Position numbers and translations under genes: made by a program. From an uncultured Gemmataceae bacterium (lineage in GTDB: Bacteria > Planctomycetota > Planctomycetia > Gemmatales > Gemmataceae), in the NCBI GenBank assembly GCA_963750165.1, contig CAVVPN010000003.1:1792001-1856000 (forward strand): a stretch of 64,000 nucleotides of DNA, read 5' to 3'. Shown in pieces: positions 54,115 through 62,930 of the stretch (its first letter is position 1; the number at the start of each line of letters is the position of its first letter). Under the pieces are notes generated by a model that made no database searches, had not been told where the DNA came from, and was given only the letters and a program-made list of their open reading frames with translations.

Positions 54115-55767
54115 TCACGGCGCGGAGGCGGGGGCGTCGGTCAGCAAGCGCTGCTGCTTCTCGCCCATCTCGCGGTAGTACAGCGGCAGGTGGCGGTAGT
54201 ACACCTCCAGCGTCAGCAGCGCCAGCGACGTGTACATCAGCCGGCCGTGGGTGTGCGGCGAGCCTTTCGAGTCCCAGCTGCCCTGCAGTTTGCCGGTGCT
54301 GCGGTCCTGGGTCTTGATGAGGTAGTCCCGCATCTTGTCGTTCCACTGCGTCCACGACTCGCCGCCGAAGTGGTGCATCACCTGCGTGGCGTAGTAGTGG
54401 TAGTAGATGTTCTTCGCGCCCGTCGGCTGGTTCCTCATGAGAATGTTGTTGACGCCCTTGATCATGCGGATGTTCTGCGAGCCCCACGACTGCAGATACT
54501 GCCGCGATAGCAGGCCGACCGCCGTCATGGTAATGGCCGAGCCCTTGCCGACGTAACCGTAGCCCTCGCTGTTGGGGTCGTTGCAGCTGTCCACGAAGCG
54601 GATGGCCTTGGCGAACGCGACCTCCGGGACCATCAGACCGGCCATCTTGGCGCTCTTCAGCGCCATGATCTGCCAGCCGGCCACGGACATGTCGCCGGCC
54701 TGCTTGGGACCGTAGCGCCAGCCGCCGGCGTCGTGCTGGGCGTAGAGGATGTAGTTGACCGCCATCTGGGCCGACCGGCGTAACGCCGGATCCTGACTCA
54801 GGCCGTACGCCTCGCACATGGCGATGGTCGCCAGGCCGTGGGCGTACATGCCGCCGCCGAAGTTGCCGGTCTTCTTGTCCTGCTTGCCCATCAAAAACCA
54901 CAGGGCCTTCTCGATCGGCTTGTCGAAGGGGTTATCTTCGCTGTTCTTGGCCTTCAGGTGGGTGTAGCCGGCGCCCAGCAGCGGCAGCAGGCCGAAGGCG
55001 GTGCCGGCGATGTCGTTCTTGCCGCCCTGGTCGGGGAAGTCGCCGTCCAGCTCCCAGTGGCCATCGGTCGCCTGCTGGCGGACCAGCCACTTCAGGCCGC
55101 GCGCCACGGCCGCCTCGGACTCCTTGGTGCCGCCGCCCTCGCGCAGCGACTTCTCGCGCGTCGCGCCGCTGCGGCCGAAGAAGGTGCCGGCCAGCGGCAT
55201 GCCCTTCGGGTTGATGCCGCCCGCCATGCCGACGCTGTTGAAGCCGTTCGGGTCGGGCGCCAGCCCTTCCAGGTAACCGCCCTGACCGCCGCCGGTGCCA
55301 GGCGGCGCCGAGATGTTGAACGGCGTGGCGTTCTTGTCGCCGCCGTCGATGCCGGGCACCTCGTCCGGGTTGACGTTGCCCGGCACGCTAATGGGCTGAA
55401 TGTTGTCGTTGTTGTAGTTGATCTTCTGGTTGAAGACCTCGGCGTTTGGATCGATCTCGTCGTTGACCAGCGGTTCCTTGGACTCCGGCGGCAGCTTCTC
55501 CGGCTGGACGATGTTCTTCTCCTCTTCCAGTTTCTCCTTCTTTTCCTTGTCGGCGGCGGCGGAGTCGTCTTCCAGGTTGGGCTTGCGGCTGTCCGCCGAA
55601 CTGGGTGCCGGGATGAACATAATCATCGCGGCGATGAGGCCGACGTGGAACAGCACGCTGACCAGCGCTGCCGGGATCGTGCGCAGCAGACCGGGGCCGG
55701 TGCGTACCCGCTCGCGGACCACCACCACGGCCGCACGCTTGGGTTTGTTGTTCTCAGGAGTCGCCAT
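54115..55767 (-). CDS. Membrane-anchored prenyltransferase/squalene-oxidase-repeat (alpha-barrel) protein
   Basis: N-terminal TM helix 'SVLFHVGL', acidic/Pro linker, QW-like repeats 'WLVRQQATDGHW', 'AQHDAGGWRY', 'LIKTQ..GSW'. Confidence 0.85.
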   Translation of the reverse strand: MATPENNKPKRAAVVVVRERVRTGPGLLRTIPAALVSVLFHVGLIAAMIMFIPAPSSADSRKPNLEDDSAAADKEKKEKLEEEKNIVQPEKLPPESKEPLVNDEIDPNAEVFNQKINYNNDNIQPISVPGNVNPDEVPGIDGGDKNATPFNISAPPGTGGGQGGYLEGLAPDPNGFNSVGMAGGINPKGMPLAGTFFGRSGATREKSLREGGGTKESEAAVARGLKWLVRQQATDGHWELDGDFPDQGGKNDIAGTAFGLLPLLGAGYTHLKAKNSEDNPFDKPIEKALWFLMGKQDKKTGNFGGGMYAHGLATIAMCEAYGLSQDPALRRSAQMAVNYILYAQHDAGGWRYGPKQAGDMSVAGWQIMALKSAKMAGLMVPEVAFAKAIRFVDSCNDPNSEGYGYVGKGSAITMTAVGLLSRQYLQSWGSQNIRMIKGVNNILMRNQPTGAKNIYYHYYATQVMHHFGGESWTQWNDKMRDYLIKTQDRSTGKLQGSWDSKGSPHTHGRLMYTSLALLTLEVYYRHLPLYYREMGEKQQRLLTDAPASAP

Positions 55768-55973
55768 GAGTCGTCACCCTTGCTGATGATGAACCGGTCA
55801 ACGGGATTTATTTATTATGGCGCCGGCGCCATCAATATGGCAACCAAAAAAGTCCTAAATCCGCGCCGCCGCGCTTGTTTCGGTGTCCTGCGCTCACCGG
55901 AAGCAACGGACGGGAGGGCGATTTGTTGGCGCGGGTTGTAGATTGGACGCGGCTCGGCGGCGACAGTTCCCTG

Positions 55974-56008
55974 AACGTGGCGGCAAGTTGGAAACTTGCC
56001 GCCACGTT
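55974..56008. repeat. GTGG-type single hairpin
   Basis: aacgtggcggcaagtt-gga-aacttgccgccacgtt. Confidence 0.7.
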
Positions 56009-56014
56009 TTACAC

Positions 56015-57625
56015 TCAGGGGGTTGGCGGTGTCGTGTGGCCGTTGGTCGCGCCCGGCGTCGGCCCAGCCTGAATGCCTTCCGTCGGCGGCGGTTCCGCCA
56101 GCACGTCCAAACTCGCTCCCTCGTCGGCGAACTTGCTCGCCTCATAGCGGCGCAGCCCTTGCCGAACCGCCCGGTCGCCGCGGCGGAACCACCAACCCAG
56201 CCCCACAATGAACAACAGCGTACCGACCATCAGCCCCAGAATGGACGCCAGCAGCGGGCCACCCAGCGCCATGCCCGGTGAGCCGCCTTCCGTCTCCACC
56301 GGCGGCGCCGACAGCAGCGTCAACGTCGGCCCAATCAACATCAGCGTCTTGCGCTCCTCGCGGCCGACCTTGTAGGGGTAGCGCTTGAAGAAGTAGCCGG
56401 TGAAGCGCACCTTGACCTTGAGCTTGTCGCCCGGCTTCAGGCCCTCGGGCAGTTCCGGGAAAACGACCACCACCGGGTTCGCGTCACGGTCCCCCAGTTC
56501 GATCCAGCCCTGATAGACCGTCTCGACCCCCCTATCCTGCAAATCGACCGCGGCGTCCTCTTTCGTCAGGCGGCGCAGGGTGCCCTCCACCGTGACCACC
56601 TTGCCGCAGTTCAGCACCGGCTTGCGGATCAGATGGCCGTAGGTGAGATCCCGGTTCTCCGCGGCGCTGGCCTCGAACGCCTTCAGCGGCGTCTGCGCGG
56701 CCAGCGCAACGGCCTGCTGGTACGCCGCCACCTCCAGGAACGGCGCCTTGCTGCCGACCTTCTCCGGGGTCAGGTTGCGCAGGTCTGGGAAGGTCTTATC
56801 CTGGCGGATGTTGCGGAGCAATCCGGGGTTCAGCGCCGGGGCCATCGTGGGCTGCTCCAGCACGATCACCGCCGGCGCCACCAGCAGCGGCACGCTCAGC
56901 GGCCCTCGATCCGACTGATAGCGGATGAGCTTGAGGAAGTAGCCGCTCACCTGGGCGCGCTGGCCGAAGGGGCCCTCCTCGCGCAGGGCCTTGTGCAGCG
57001 ACTCGGGCAGCAGCGTTGCCAGCACCAGCACCGGCCGGCCGCCGTCCTTGTTTCGCGCCAGCTGCACCTCGTACACGACCTTGACGCCGCCGCGCTGGGC
57101 ACGCTGCGGGGCCGCCACGGCACGCACGCCGCGCACCCAGCCCTCCAGGCCGACCACCTCGCCGCGATGTTTCTCGGGATCCTTGACCAGCTGGGAGACG
57201 GTGCGCGCCTGGTTCTTCTGAGCGCTGGCGACGAAGACGCTGATGTCGTAATCCTTGGCGTTGACCAGCGCCGCGCACAGGGCGGCATACTCGGCCAGGA
57301 CGAGACGGCCAACGGCTACCTGCGACATACCGCCGTAGTCGGTGAGCAGATGGTCGTCGCGGACGGCGGCCAGGAGCTGCGGCGATAATGTCGGGGCGAA
57401 CTCGACGGCGGGGGGCGGCCAGACGGTGTACACACCGCCGGCGTGGACGGCCGCGACGGACAGCAGCGGCTGACGGAAGGCGATCACCTGGACGGCGGCG
57501 CCGGCGGCCAGACGCTGGCGGTTGAACCAGAATTCTGGCACTTTGGGCTGCTGGGCCGGTAGCGCGCCCGGACAGAGGATCAGCGCGGCGAGGGCGGCGA
57601 ACGCAGCGCGGCGGGACGGGGCCAT
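56015..57625 (-). CDS. Exported protein with an internally duplicated OB-fold-like domain and C-terminal TM anchor
   Basis: Signal peptide; duplicated 'P....G.VV..EG..R' and 'GYF.K...Y' segments; C-terminal hydrophobic helix followed by 'WWFRRGD'. Confidence 0.7.
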   Translation of the reverse strand: MAPSRRAAFAALAALILCPGALPAQQPKVPEFWFNRQRLAAGAAVQVIAFRQPLLSVAAVHAGGVYTVWPPPAVEFAPTLSPQLLAAVRDDHLLTDYGGMSQVAVGRLVLAEYAALCAALVNAKDYDISVFVASAQKNQARTVSQLVKDPEKHRGEVVGLEGWVRGVRAVAAPQRAQRGGVKVVYEVQLARNKDGGRPVLVLATLLPESLHKALREEGPFGQRAQVSGYFLKLIRYQSDRGPLSVPLLVAPAVIVLEQPTMAPALNPGLLRNIRQDKTFPDLRNLTPEKVGSKAPFLEVAAYQQAVALAAQTPLKAFEASAAENRDLTYGHLIRKPVLNCGKVVTVEGTLRRLTKEDAAVDLQDRGVETVYQGWIELGDRDANPVVVVFPELPEGLKPGDKLKVKVRFTGYFFKRYPYKVGREERKTLMLIGPTLTLLSAPPVETEGGSPGMALGGPLLASILGLMVGTLLFIVGLGWWFRRGDRAVRQGLRRYEASKFADEGASLDVLAEPPPTEGIQAGPTPGATNGHTTPPTP

Positions 57626-57668
57626 GATCGGGGGGTTCCTGGAAGTCGTCGGGCCCTCTGTTCTTCGC

Positions 57669-57729
57669 TCGTAGTACCGCCTTCAGGCTGAATCTGACAC
57701 GCTGATTCCGCCTGAAGGCGGTACTACGA
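57669..57729. repeat. GTAG-type REP doublet (gtagtaccgccttcaggc family)
   Basis: Inverted arms; second copy at 60545-60629. Confidence 0.85.
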
Positions 57730-57740
57730 ACGAAGCAGCC

Positions 57741-58394
57741 TCATTTCTTCGGCCGCACCGGCTTGGCGAAACCCATCTCCCGGTATTTCGCCTGCCGGCA
57801 CATGTCCTGCACCTGGATGAAATAGCCGTAGCGCAACTCGGGGCTCGCTTCCAGTTGAATCTTGCCGCCGTCCTTGCCGGACCAGCCCTCCAGGCGCTTG
57901 AGCACTTTTTTCAGCCCACTGTCGAGCCTGTCGTCCAGGTCCATGACCACTTGCGGCGTGGCGTCCTCGGGAAATTTGAGCAGAATGCGGCCGAGTTTGC
58001 CCTTGGCCTCCGCGGTCGGCGGGTTATCAATGGCCTCCACGATGACGCGCACCAGGTCCTTGGGCAGCGGATCGTCCTTGGTGTCTGGCTCCTTGTCCTT
58101 GGGCTCGTCTTCCTTGGGTTTCTCCTTATCCTTTTCCAGCATTGGCGTCGGGTCGCCATCCTTGGGCTTGTTCACTCCCTTTTCCGGAGCCTTCTTCTCC
58201 TCCTTTTTCTTCTCCTTCTTGCGCTCCTCCTTGGGCGGCGGCAGCAGCACGCCGGTGAGGTTCTCTTCCTGGGAGAGCGGCTGGAAGGTCATGATGAAAA
58301 AGGCCATGAGCTGAAAGGCCATGTCCAGCATGGGCGTGATAATCAGGCTCAGGTTGACGCCCAGGCCAGCGTCGGGAATGCGGCGGCGGCTCAT
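57741..58394 (-). CDS. ExbD/TolR family protein with Lys/Glu/Pro-rich insert
   Basis: 'IITPMLDMAFQLMAFFIMT' with the conserved TM Asp. Confidence 0.85.
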   Translation of the reverse strand: MSRRRIPDAGLGVNLSLIITPMLDMAFQLMAFFIMTFQPLSQEENLTGVLLPPPKEERKKEKKKEEKKAPEKGVNKPKDGDPTPMLEKDKEKPKEDEPKDKEPDTKDDPLPKDLVRVIVEAIDNPPTAEAKGKLGRILLKFPEDATPQVVMDLDDRLDSGLKKVLKRLEGWSGKDGGKIQLEASPELRYGYFIQVQDMCRQAKYREMGFAKPVRPKK

Positions 58395-58401
58395 CGGCAA
58401 C

Positions 58402-58920
58402 TCACCCCTTTGCGGTCGTCGGGACGTGCAGGACGCGCAACTGCCAGCTGGCGAAGCCCGCCTCGGAGCACATTTCCAGGATGTCGTAGACGTATTCCCA
58501 GGACACGTCCTCATCGGCGCGGAGGACAATGACCGGCCGCACCCAGCTGGGCGGCTTCTGGTTGTAGCGGGCGGTGCGTTCGATCTTGTCGCGCTGCTCG
58601 CGCAGGTATTTTTCCAGGGTGCCGCGCAGGGCGGCGTTGACGGTGAGGTTCTCGTAATTCAGCGTCTTGACGTTGGGCACAACCAGGGTGCCTTCCTTGG
58701 TCAGGTTGAGGTAAATCCAGTTATCGGAGTCGTGTTCGGGCCGATCCTTGGACTTGGCGTCAATGGGAATGGCGTTCTGCACCGCCGGCAGCGTGACGCC
58801 GCTGAAGCGGTCCTGGCGCTCGAAGTTCACCGTAATCAGGAAGAACATGATGAGCTGCAACACCACGTCCAGCAGTGGCGTCAGGTTGAGTTCGGCCTCG
58901 CCGCCTTCGGGAGCGTGCAT
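58402..58920 (-). CDS. ExbD/TolR family protein
   Basis: 'NLTPLLDVVLQLIMFFLIT', 'IVLRAD'. Confidence 0.9.
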   Translation of the reverse strand: MHAPEGGEAELNLTPLLDVVLQLIMFFLITVNFERQDRFSGVTLPAVQNAIPIDAKSKDRPEHDSDNWIYLNLTKEGTLVVPNVKTLNYENLTVNAALRGTLEKYLREQRDKIERTARYNQKPPSWVRPVIVLRADEDVSWEYVYDILEMCSEAGFASWQLRVLHVPTTAKG

Positions 58921-58944
58921 AAAACCTCGCGGGCTGATGTGCTT

Positions 58945-58974
58945 CGTGGGGCAGACAGGAATGTCTGCCCCACG
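58945..58974. repeat. Single GTGG-REP hairpin (family A)
   Basis: cgtggggcagaca-ggaa-tgtctgccccacg. Confidence 0.8.
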
Positions 58975-59001
58975 GAAAGAACGATCCTGAGGGCGTGACG
59001 T

Positions 59002-59873
59002 TTACTCCGCCGGCCGCGCCTTGGCAACGGCAGCAGCGGGCATGGCGGCCGCGGAGGTGGCGCCCGCGGCCCGGGCCGCCGGGGCGGGCGCGGCGCTGCC
59101 TCCGCCTTCTTGGAGTTGTGATACATCTGCGTCAGCAGATCGTCGGCCAAATTGCTGGTGTCCATCGTTATGCGCGTTGAGCGATTCTTGAAGAATGCAT
59201 GGCAGAAGATGGCCGGCACCGACAGACCGATGCCCAGCAGCGTCACGACCAGCGCGTGCGAAATGCCCTCGGCCAGCTTCGACGCCTTGGGCGTGTCGCC
59301 GCTGCCCAGTTCCATGAAGCTCATGATCATGCCCCAGACCGTACCGACCAGGCCGAGCAGCGGCCCGAGCGTGCCGATGGTGCCGAGGTAGTTGATGAGC
59401 TGCTCCTTGCCCGCCTTGACACTCTCGACCATGTTCATGGCCGCCTCACGTGCGTCCTCGATGCCGTATTGCAACCGGGCCATGCCGGCGGTCATCACCC
59501 GCGCCAGGAACGAACTATCGTCCCGGCACATGTCGAACGCCTGCTTGAACTGGCGTCGGTTTACCAGGTCCGCGAACTCATCGACGAAGCCGCCAGGCAC
59601 TGCCACGCTCATGCGCAGGTCCATCGCCAGCAGGACGATCAGCGAGACGAGGATGATGGACACGATGAGCAGCAGCGGCCCGAAGATGGGGCCCGCCGAC
59701 GAAACGAGGTGGACGAAAATGTTCGGCGGTTCCTTCGGCTCCTCTTTTTTCTCATCGGCGGCGCGAGCGGTCGCCGGAGTGCAGAGCACGAGCGTCAGAC
59801 TGACGGAGAGCATCAGGCAAACGAACAGCACCTGAGTCCAGCGACGGTGCCGACTCCCTGCGAGCATGGTCAT
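59002..59873 (-). CDS. MotA/TolQ/ExbB proton channel protein; apparent frameshift near 59090
   Basis: 'LGTIGTLGPLLGLVGTVWGMIMSF', 'GISHALVVTLLGI'; likely end '..AAAVAKARPAE*'. Confidence 0.9.
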
Positions 59874-60035
59874 GTTGCGATTCCTGTTTCAGAGGCCCAA
59901 GGGGACGGCCCCCGGTGAACGGCGAATAGCCAGGCGCAGCGACCGGGGTTATCCCTGAGCCGTCCGCAGTTGGGGATCAGGACAGCGTTCGTCGGGAAAA
60001 GGTGGCCACGTCTCCACGGTCCAATCATTTCCCCT

Positions 60036-60065
60036 ATCATGAACGGCGCGGCGGGATGCTGTCAA
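60036..60065 (-). promoter_or_regulatory. Candidate sigma70 promoter for the exbB operon (TTGACA-N18-CATGAT)
   Basis: Consensus -35 with a weak -10, about 160 nt upstream of ATG 59873. Confidence 0.45.
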
Positions 60066-60164
60066 GTATTTTTCAGATATGCCGGCGGGTAAAAAACATC
60101 AGGCGAGCGGTTCCGTGAGGAGTCCGCCCGCCCGGGTGGTTTCAAGAGCTGGGAAGCGAAGGTG

Positions 60165-60311
60165 TCAACGCGGGGCTGGCGTGGTACTGGGGGGATTGTC
60201 GGGAACCTGGAGCCCCTGGACCCGTGGCGACCGGTTGCCCACGCGGGCGTTGAAAATGGGGCCGGCCAGCAGCGTCCACAACACGATGACTGCTACCCAA
60301 CGAAATTCCAT
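60165..60311 (-). CDS. Small single-TM peptide (48 aa)
   Basis: RBS 'gggag'; MEFRWVAVIVLWTLLAGPIF hydrophobic N-terminus. Confidence 0.5.
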   Translation of the reverse strand: MEFRWVAVIVLWTLLAGPIFNARVGNRSPRVQGLQVPDNPPSTTPAPR

Positions 60312-60544
60312 GGCTGGCGTCTCCCAGGTTATCCCACCTGCGGGATGGATCGCGTCGCACTCTCCTTTTCCCGGCAAACGACGTGCCGCCGGCAACCGGT
60401 GGGGAGGAGTTGATGGTGTAACTTGAAGTAAATCCAGTGAATATGGCAAATGGCTGGCGGCGCTCGCCGATGGTGATGGGGGGGTGGATGTGTCTCAATA
60501 TTAGCGCATGGTGTGCTAAATGTTACAGGTTGGAAACAAAAGGA

Positions 60545-60629
60545 TCGATTTTCCTGGTCCGTAGTAGCGCCTTCAGGCGGTCTTCACTCCCACCCGTTTG
60601 AAGGCGGTACTACGAACCAGGAAAATCGA
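60545..60629. repeat. GTAG-type REP doublet with extended flanking stem
   Basis: tcgattttcctggt..gtagtagcgccttcaggcgg..ccgtttgaaggcggtactacg..accaggaaaatcga. Confidence 0.8.
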
Positions 60630-60954
60630 ACATGGTGACGGCCGGGGTTTGTAGCCCCGCTCTGTTCCGGCAGTTCGGGGCCGTCCGACGCGCCACCATG
60701 TCCTGGTCCAACAACTGAACCTCTTCTGTTCCAGCCCCAACCTCTTATAGAAGTTGTTGACAGGATATCGTTCACCTATGCAGATCGTATGCCAAACAGC
60801 GGCACAAAAACCGACAATCCACAAGTCCTTCCGCAGCAGAAAATTGTGACGCCGCCTCATCGACCGGCCGGGGAAGAGGTCGGTGGTGGTTGGAGCGAAA
60901 TATTACAATCGACCCAGGGGAATTGTGAAAAAAAGGGCGCGGCCCTTCCCCCGT

Positions 60955-62298
60955 TTACAGGACCGCGCTCGGGCCCGCCCCGATCAGCAGCACGCACACG
61001 TCCATGACGTTGGTCTGCGTCAGTCCGGTCAGGAGCAGGTCGCCCGTCGCCTGGAAGAAGGCATAGGCGTCGTGCCGCTGCAGGAACGCCGCCGGCGACA
61101 GGCCAAGATTGGCAGCTCGCTCCAGGGTGCCGGCGTCGGCCAGCGCCCCGGCGGCGTCGGTAGGACCGTCCTCGCCGTCGGTGCCGCCGCTCAGCACCAC
61201 CACGTTGCGCAGGCCCGCCGCCCCCAGCTTGTCCGCGGCGGCCAGCACGAATTCCTGATTGCGACCACCGCGGCCGTGCTGTTCCGGCAGCGTCACCGTC
61301 GTCTCGCCGCCGCTGAGCACGCACGCCGGCGCCACCAGCGGGCGGCCGTCGGCGCGGATGCCGCGCACCACGCCCGCCAGGACGACCGCCACCTGCCGCG
61401 TTTCGCCTTCGATGTACGAGCCGAGGTCGAGCACACGGTAGCCGAGTGCCTCCGCCTGCCGCCGCGCCGCCGCCAGCGCCCGGGCGTTGTTGCCGATGAT
61501 GACGTTGTGGACGTTCGGCGGCCGCGTCTTGAGTGTCTCGGGGATGTTCCCCGCCGCGCCGCGTTCGAGATGTTGTCGCACGCTTGCGGGCACCCGGGCC
61601 AGCAGACCGAAGCGCTCCAGGATGGCGCGGGCATCGGCGAAGGTGGTCGGGTCGGCGGCGGTCGGGCCGGAGGCGATCACGTCGAGCGGATCACCGATCA
61701 CGTCGGAGATGATGAGGCTGAACAGCGAGGCGGCGCACGCCTGCGCCAGCCGGCCACCCTTGATGCCGCTGAGGTGCTTGCGGACGCAGTTCATGTCGTT
61801 GATGGTGGCGCCGCACTCGTGCAGCAACCGCGTGACCTCCTGCTTGTCCGCCAGGGACAGGCCGTCGGCCGGCAGCGGCAGCAGGGCGGAGCCACCGCCG
61901 GAGAGCAGGCACAGCACCACGTCGTCGGGGCCGGCGCCGCGCACCAGGTCGAGGATTTGTTGCGCACCGGCGACGCCCGCGGCGGTGGGGTGGTTGGACG
62001 CGGCAGGCCGGGCCGCGTGCAGGCGGATGCGGCGCAGCGGCCGCACGGCGTCGGCCGGTACGTTGACGATGCCTTCCACACGGTCGAGCCGGTCGGCGAG
62101 GACGGCCTCGACGGCAGCGCTCATGGCAGCGCCGGCCTTGCCGCCACCGACGACGAGGATGCGGTGGGCGTCGGCCAGGGCCCGGGCCAGCGCCGGTTCG
62201 GCGAGGGCGCGCGGTACGAGGTCTTCGGGGCGCACCGCGTCCACGGCGGCCTGCCAGATGCGGCGGGCGTGGTCGCGGAGGGAGGCGGGGTCGGACAC
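60955..62298 (-). CDS. Class II glycerate kinase (MOFRL family)
   Basis: 'GGGKA', 'LSGGGSAL', 'RKHLSGIKGG', 'SDVIGD..IASGP', 'SGGETTV..GGRNQE', 'GTDGEDG', 'TNVMD'. Confidence 0.93.
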   Translation of the reverse strand: MSDPASLRDHARRIWQAAVDAVRPEDLVPRALAEPALARALADAHRILVVGGGKAGAAMSAAVEAVLADRLDRVEGIVNVPADAVRPLRRIRLHAARPAASNHPTAAGVAGAQQILDLVRGAGPDDVVLCLLSGGGSALLPLPADGLSLADKQEVTRLLHECGATINDMNCVRKHLSGIKGGRLAQACAASLFSLIISDVIGDPLDVIASGPTAADPTTFADARAILERFGLLARVPASVRQHLERGAAGNIPETLKTRPPNVHNVIIGNNARALAAARRQAEALGYRVLDLGSYIEGETRQVAVVLAGVVRGIRADGRPLVAPACVLSGGETTVTLPEQHGRGGRNQEFVLAAADKLGAAGLRNVVVLSGGTDGEDGPTDAAGALADAGTLERAANLGLSPAAFLQRHDAYAFFQATGDLLLTGLTQTNVMDVCVLLIGAGPSAVL

Positions 62299-62338
62299 GG
62301 GGCCTCGCGGTTGGGAGGAAGGCGAACGGACGCAGCGG

Positions 62339-62367
62339 AGTGTAGGCGGGGATGCGGCAGCCGTCAA
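62339..62367 (-). promoter_or_regulatory. Sigma70 promoter for the glycerate kinase gene (TTGACG-N17-TACACT)
   Basis: Near-consensus hexamers with 17-nt spacing, about 40 nt upstream of GTG 62298. Confidence 0.6.
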
Positions 62368-62434
62368 GAAAGCGCTCGCCCAACCTGCTCACGACCCGCG
62401 AATTCGCTAGAACGGTTCGCAGAGGGCTATTGCG

Positions 62435-62463
62435 TCTTCTTCGCCCCTTCGGGGCGAAGAAGA
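62435..62463. repeat. Short GC-rich hairpin around a TTC(G) loop
   Basis: tcttcttcgcccc-ttc-ggggcgaagaaga; core 'gccccttcggggc' also near 33650. Confidence 0.6.
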
Positions 62464-62561
62464 CCACCGCTACGCCCAACCGCCAACCGCTCTTGAGCGG
62501 TTCACGCACGGTTTGCACACGAGTGGGCGGCGGGCACGGGCTGACCTCCAGCGGCCTGCAC

Positions 62562-62740
62562 TGCCACAGCAAGGGGGCCAAGGAGGCCAAGGGGGCCAAC
62601 TTTTTCATACGTCGAGAATCGGCGCCCTGGCTCCGTGTGGGTGGCACGGCGCGACCACCACTGGCGGCGGTTGCCACAGCAAGAACGCCAAGGACGCCAA
62701 GAACGCCAACTTTTTCACACGTCGAGATTCGCCGCCTGGC
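62562..62740. repeat. Two ~70-bp imperfect direct repeats (period 110) containing triple 9-mers
   Basis: tgccacagc-(aagggggcc)x3-like-aactttttcatacgtcgaga versus tgccacagc-(aagaacgcc)x3-like-aactttttcacacgtcgaga. Confidence 0.8.
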
Positions 62741-62816
62741 AGCGCCGGCCTGCCGTTCGTGGTCCACACAACGGGGAACCACTCTGGAGCGGTTCGCAAG
62801 CGCGTGGACCACAAAC

Positions 62817-62846
62817 CGTGGCACGGCTCTCCAGAGCCGTGCCACG
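62817..62846. repeat. GTGG-type single hairpin
   Basis: cgtggcacggctct-cc-agagccgtgccacg; resembles the arm at 30036-30064. Confidence 0.75.
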
Positions 62847-62930
62847 TCGTGTGCGCCTGCCCTTCGTGAACCGCGCTAGTTTTTCACAAGGTTCGTCCCG
62901 AGCCGCATCCGACCCACAACCGCACGAGCC

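Noticed and set aside
54115..55767. Bona fide squalene-hopene cyclase
   Set aside because: Only a single barrel and no DxDD catalytic motif; the TM-plus-linker architecture differs from SHC.
280..59100. Programmed frameshifting or mass pseudogenisation
   Set aside because: No slippery heptamers were seen, and housekeeping genes (ribBA, mutY, prpC) are hit by isolated indels with catalytic motifs intact. Sequencing error is more parsimonious.
59896..59973. SRP RNA or a known riboswitch
   Set aside because: No SRP 'CAGG..GGAA..AGCAG' core and no cobalamin, TPP or FMN consensus is recognisable.
62562..62740. Possible mini CRISPR array
   Set aside because: Only two divergent ~70-bp units, too long for CRISPR repeats, and no cas genes are present.
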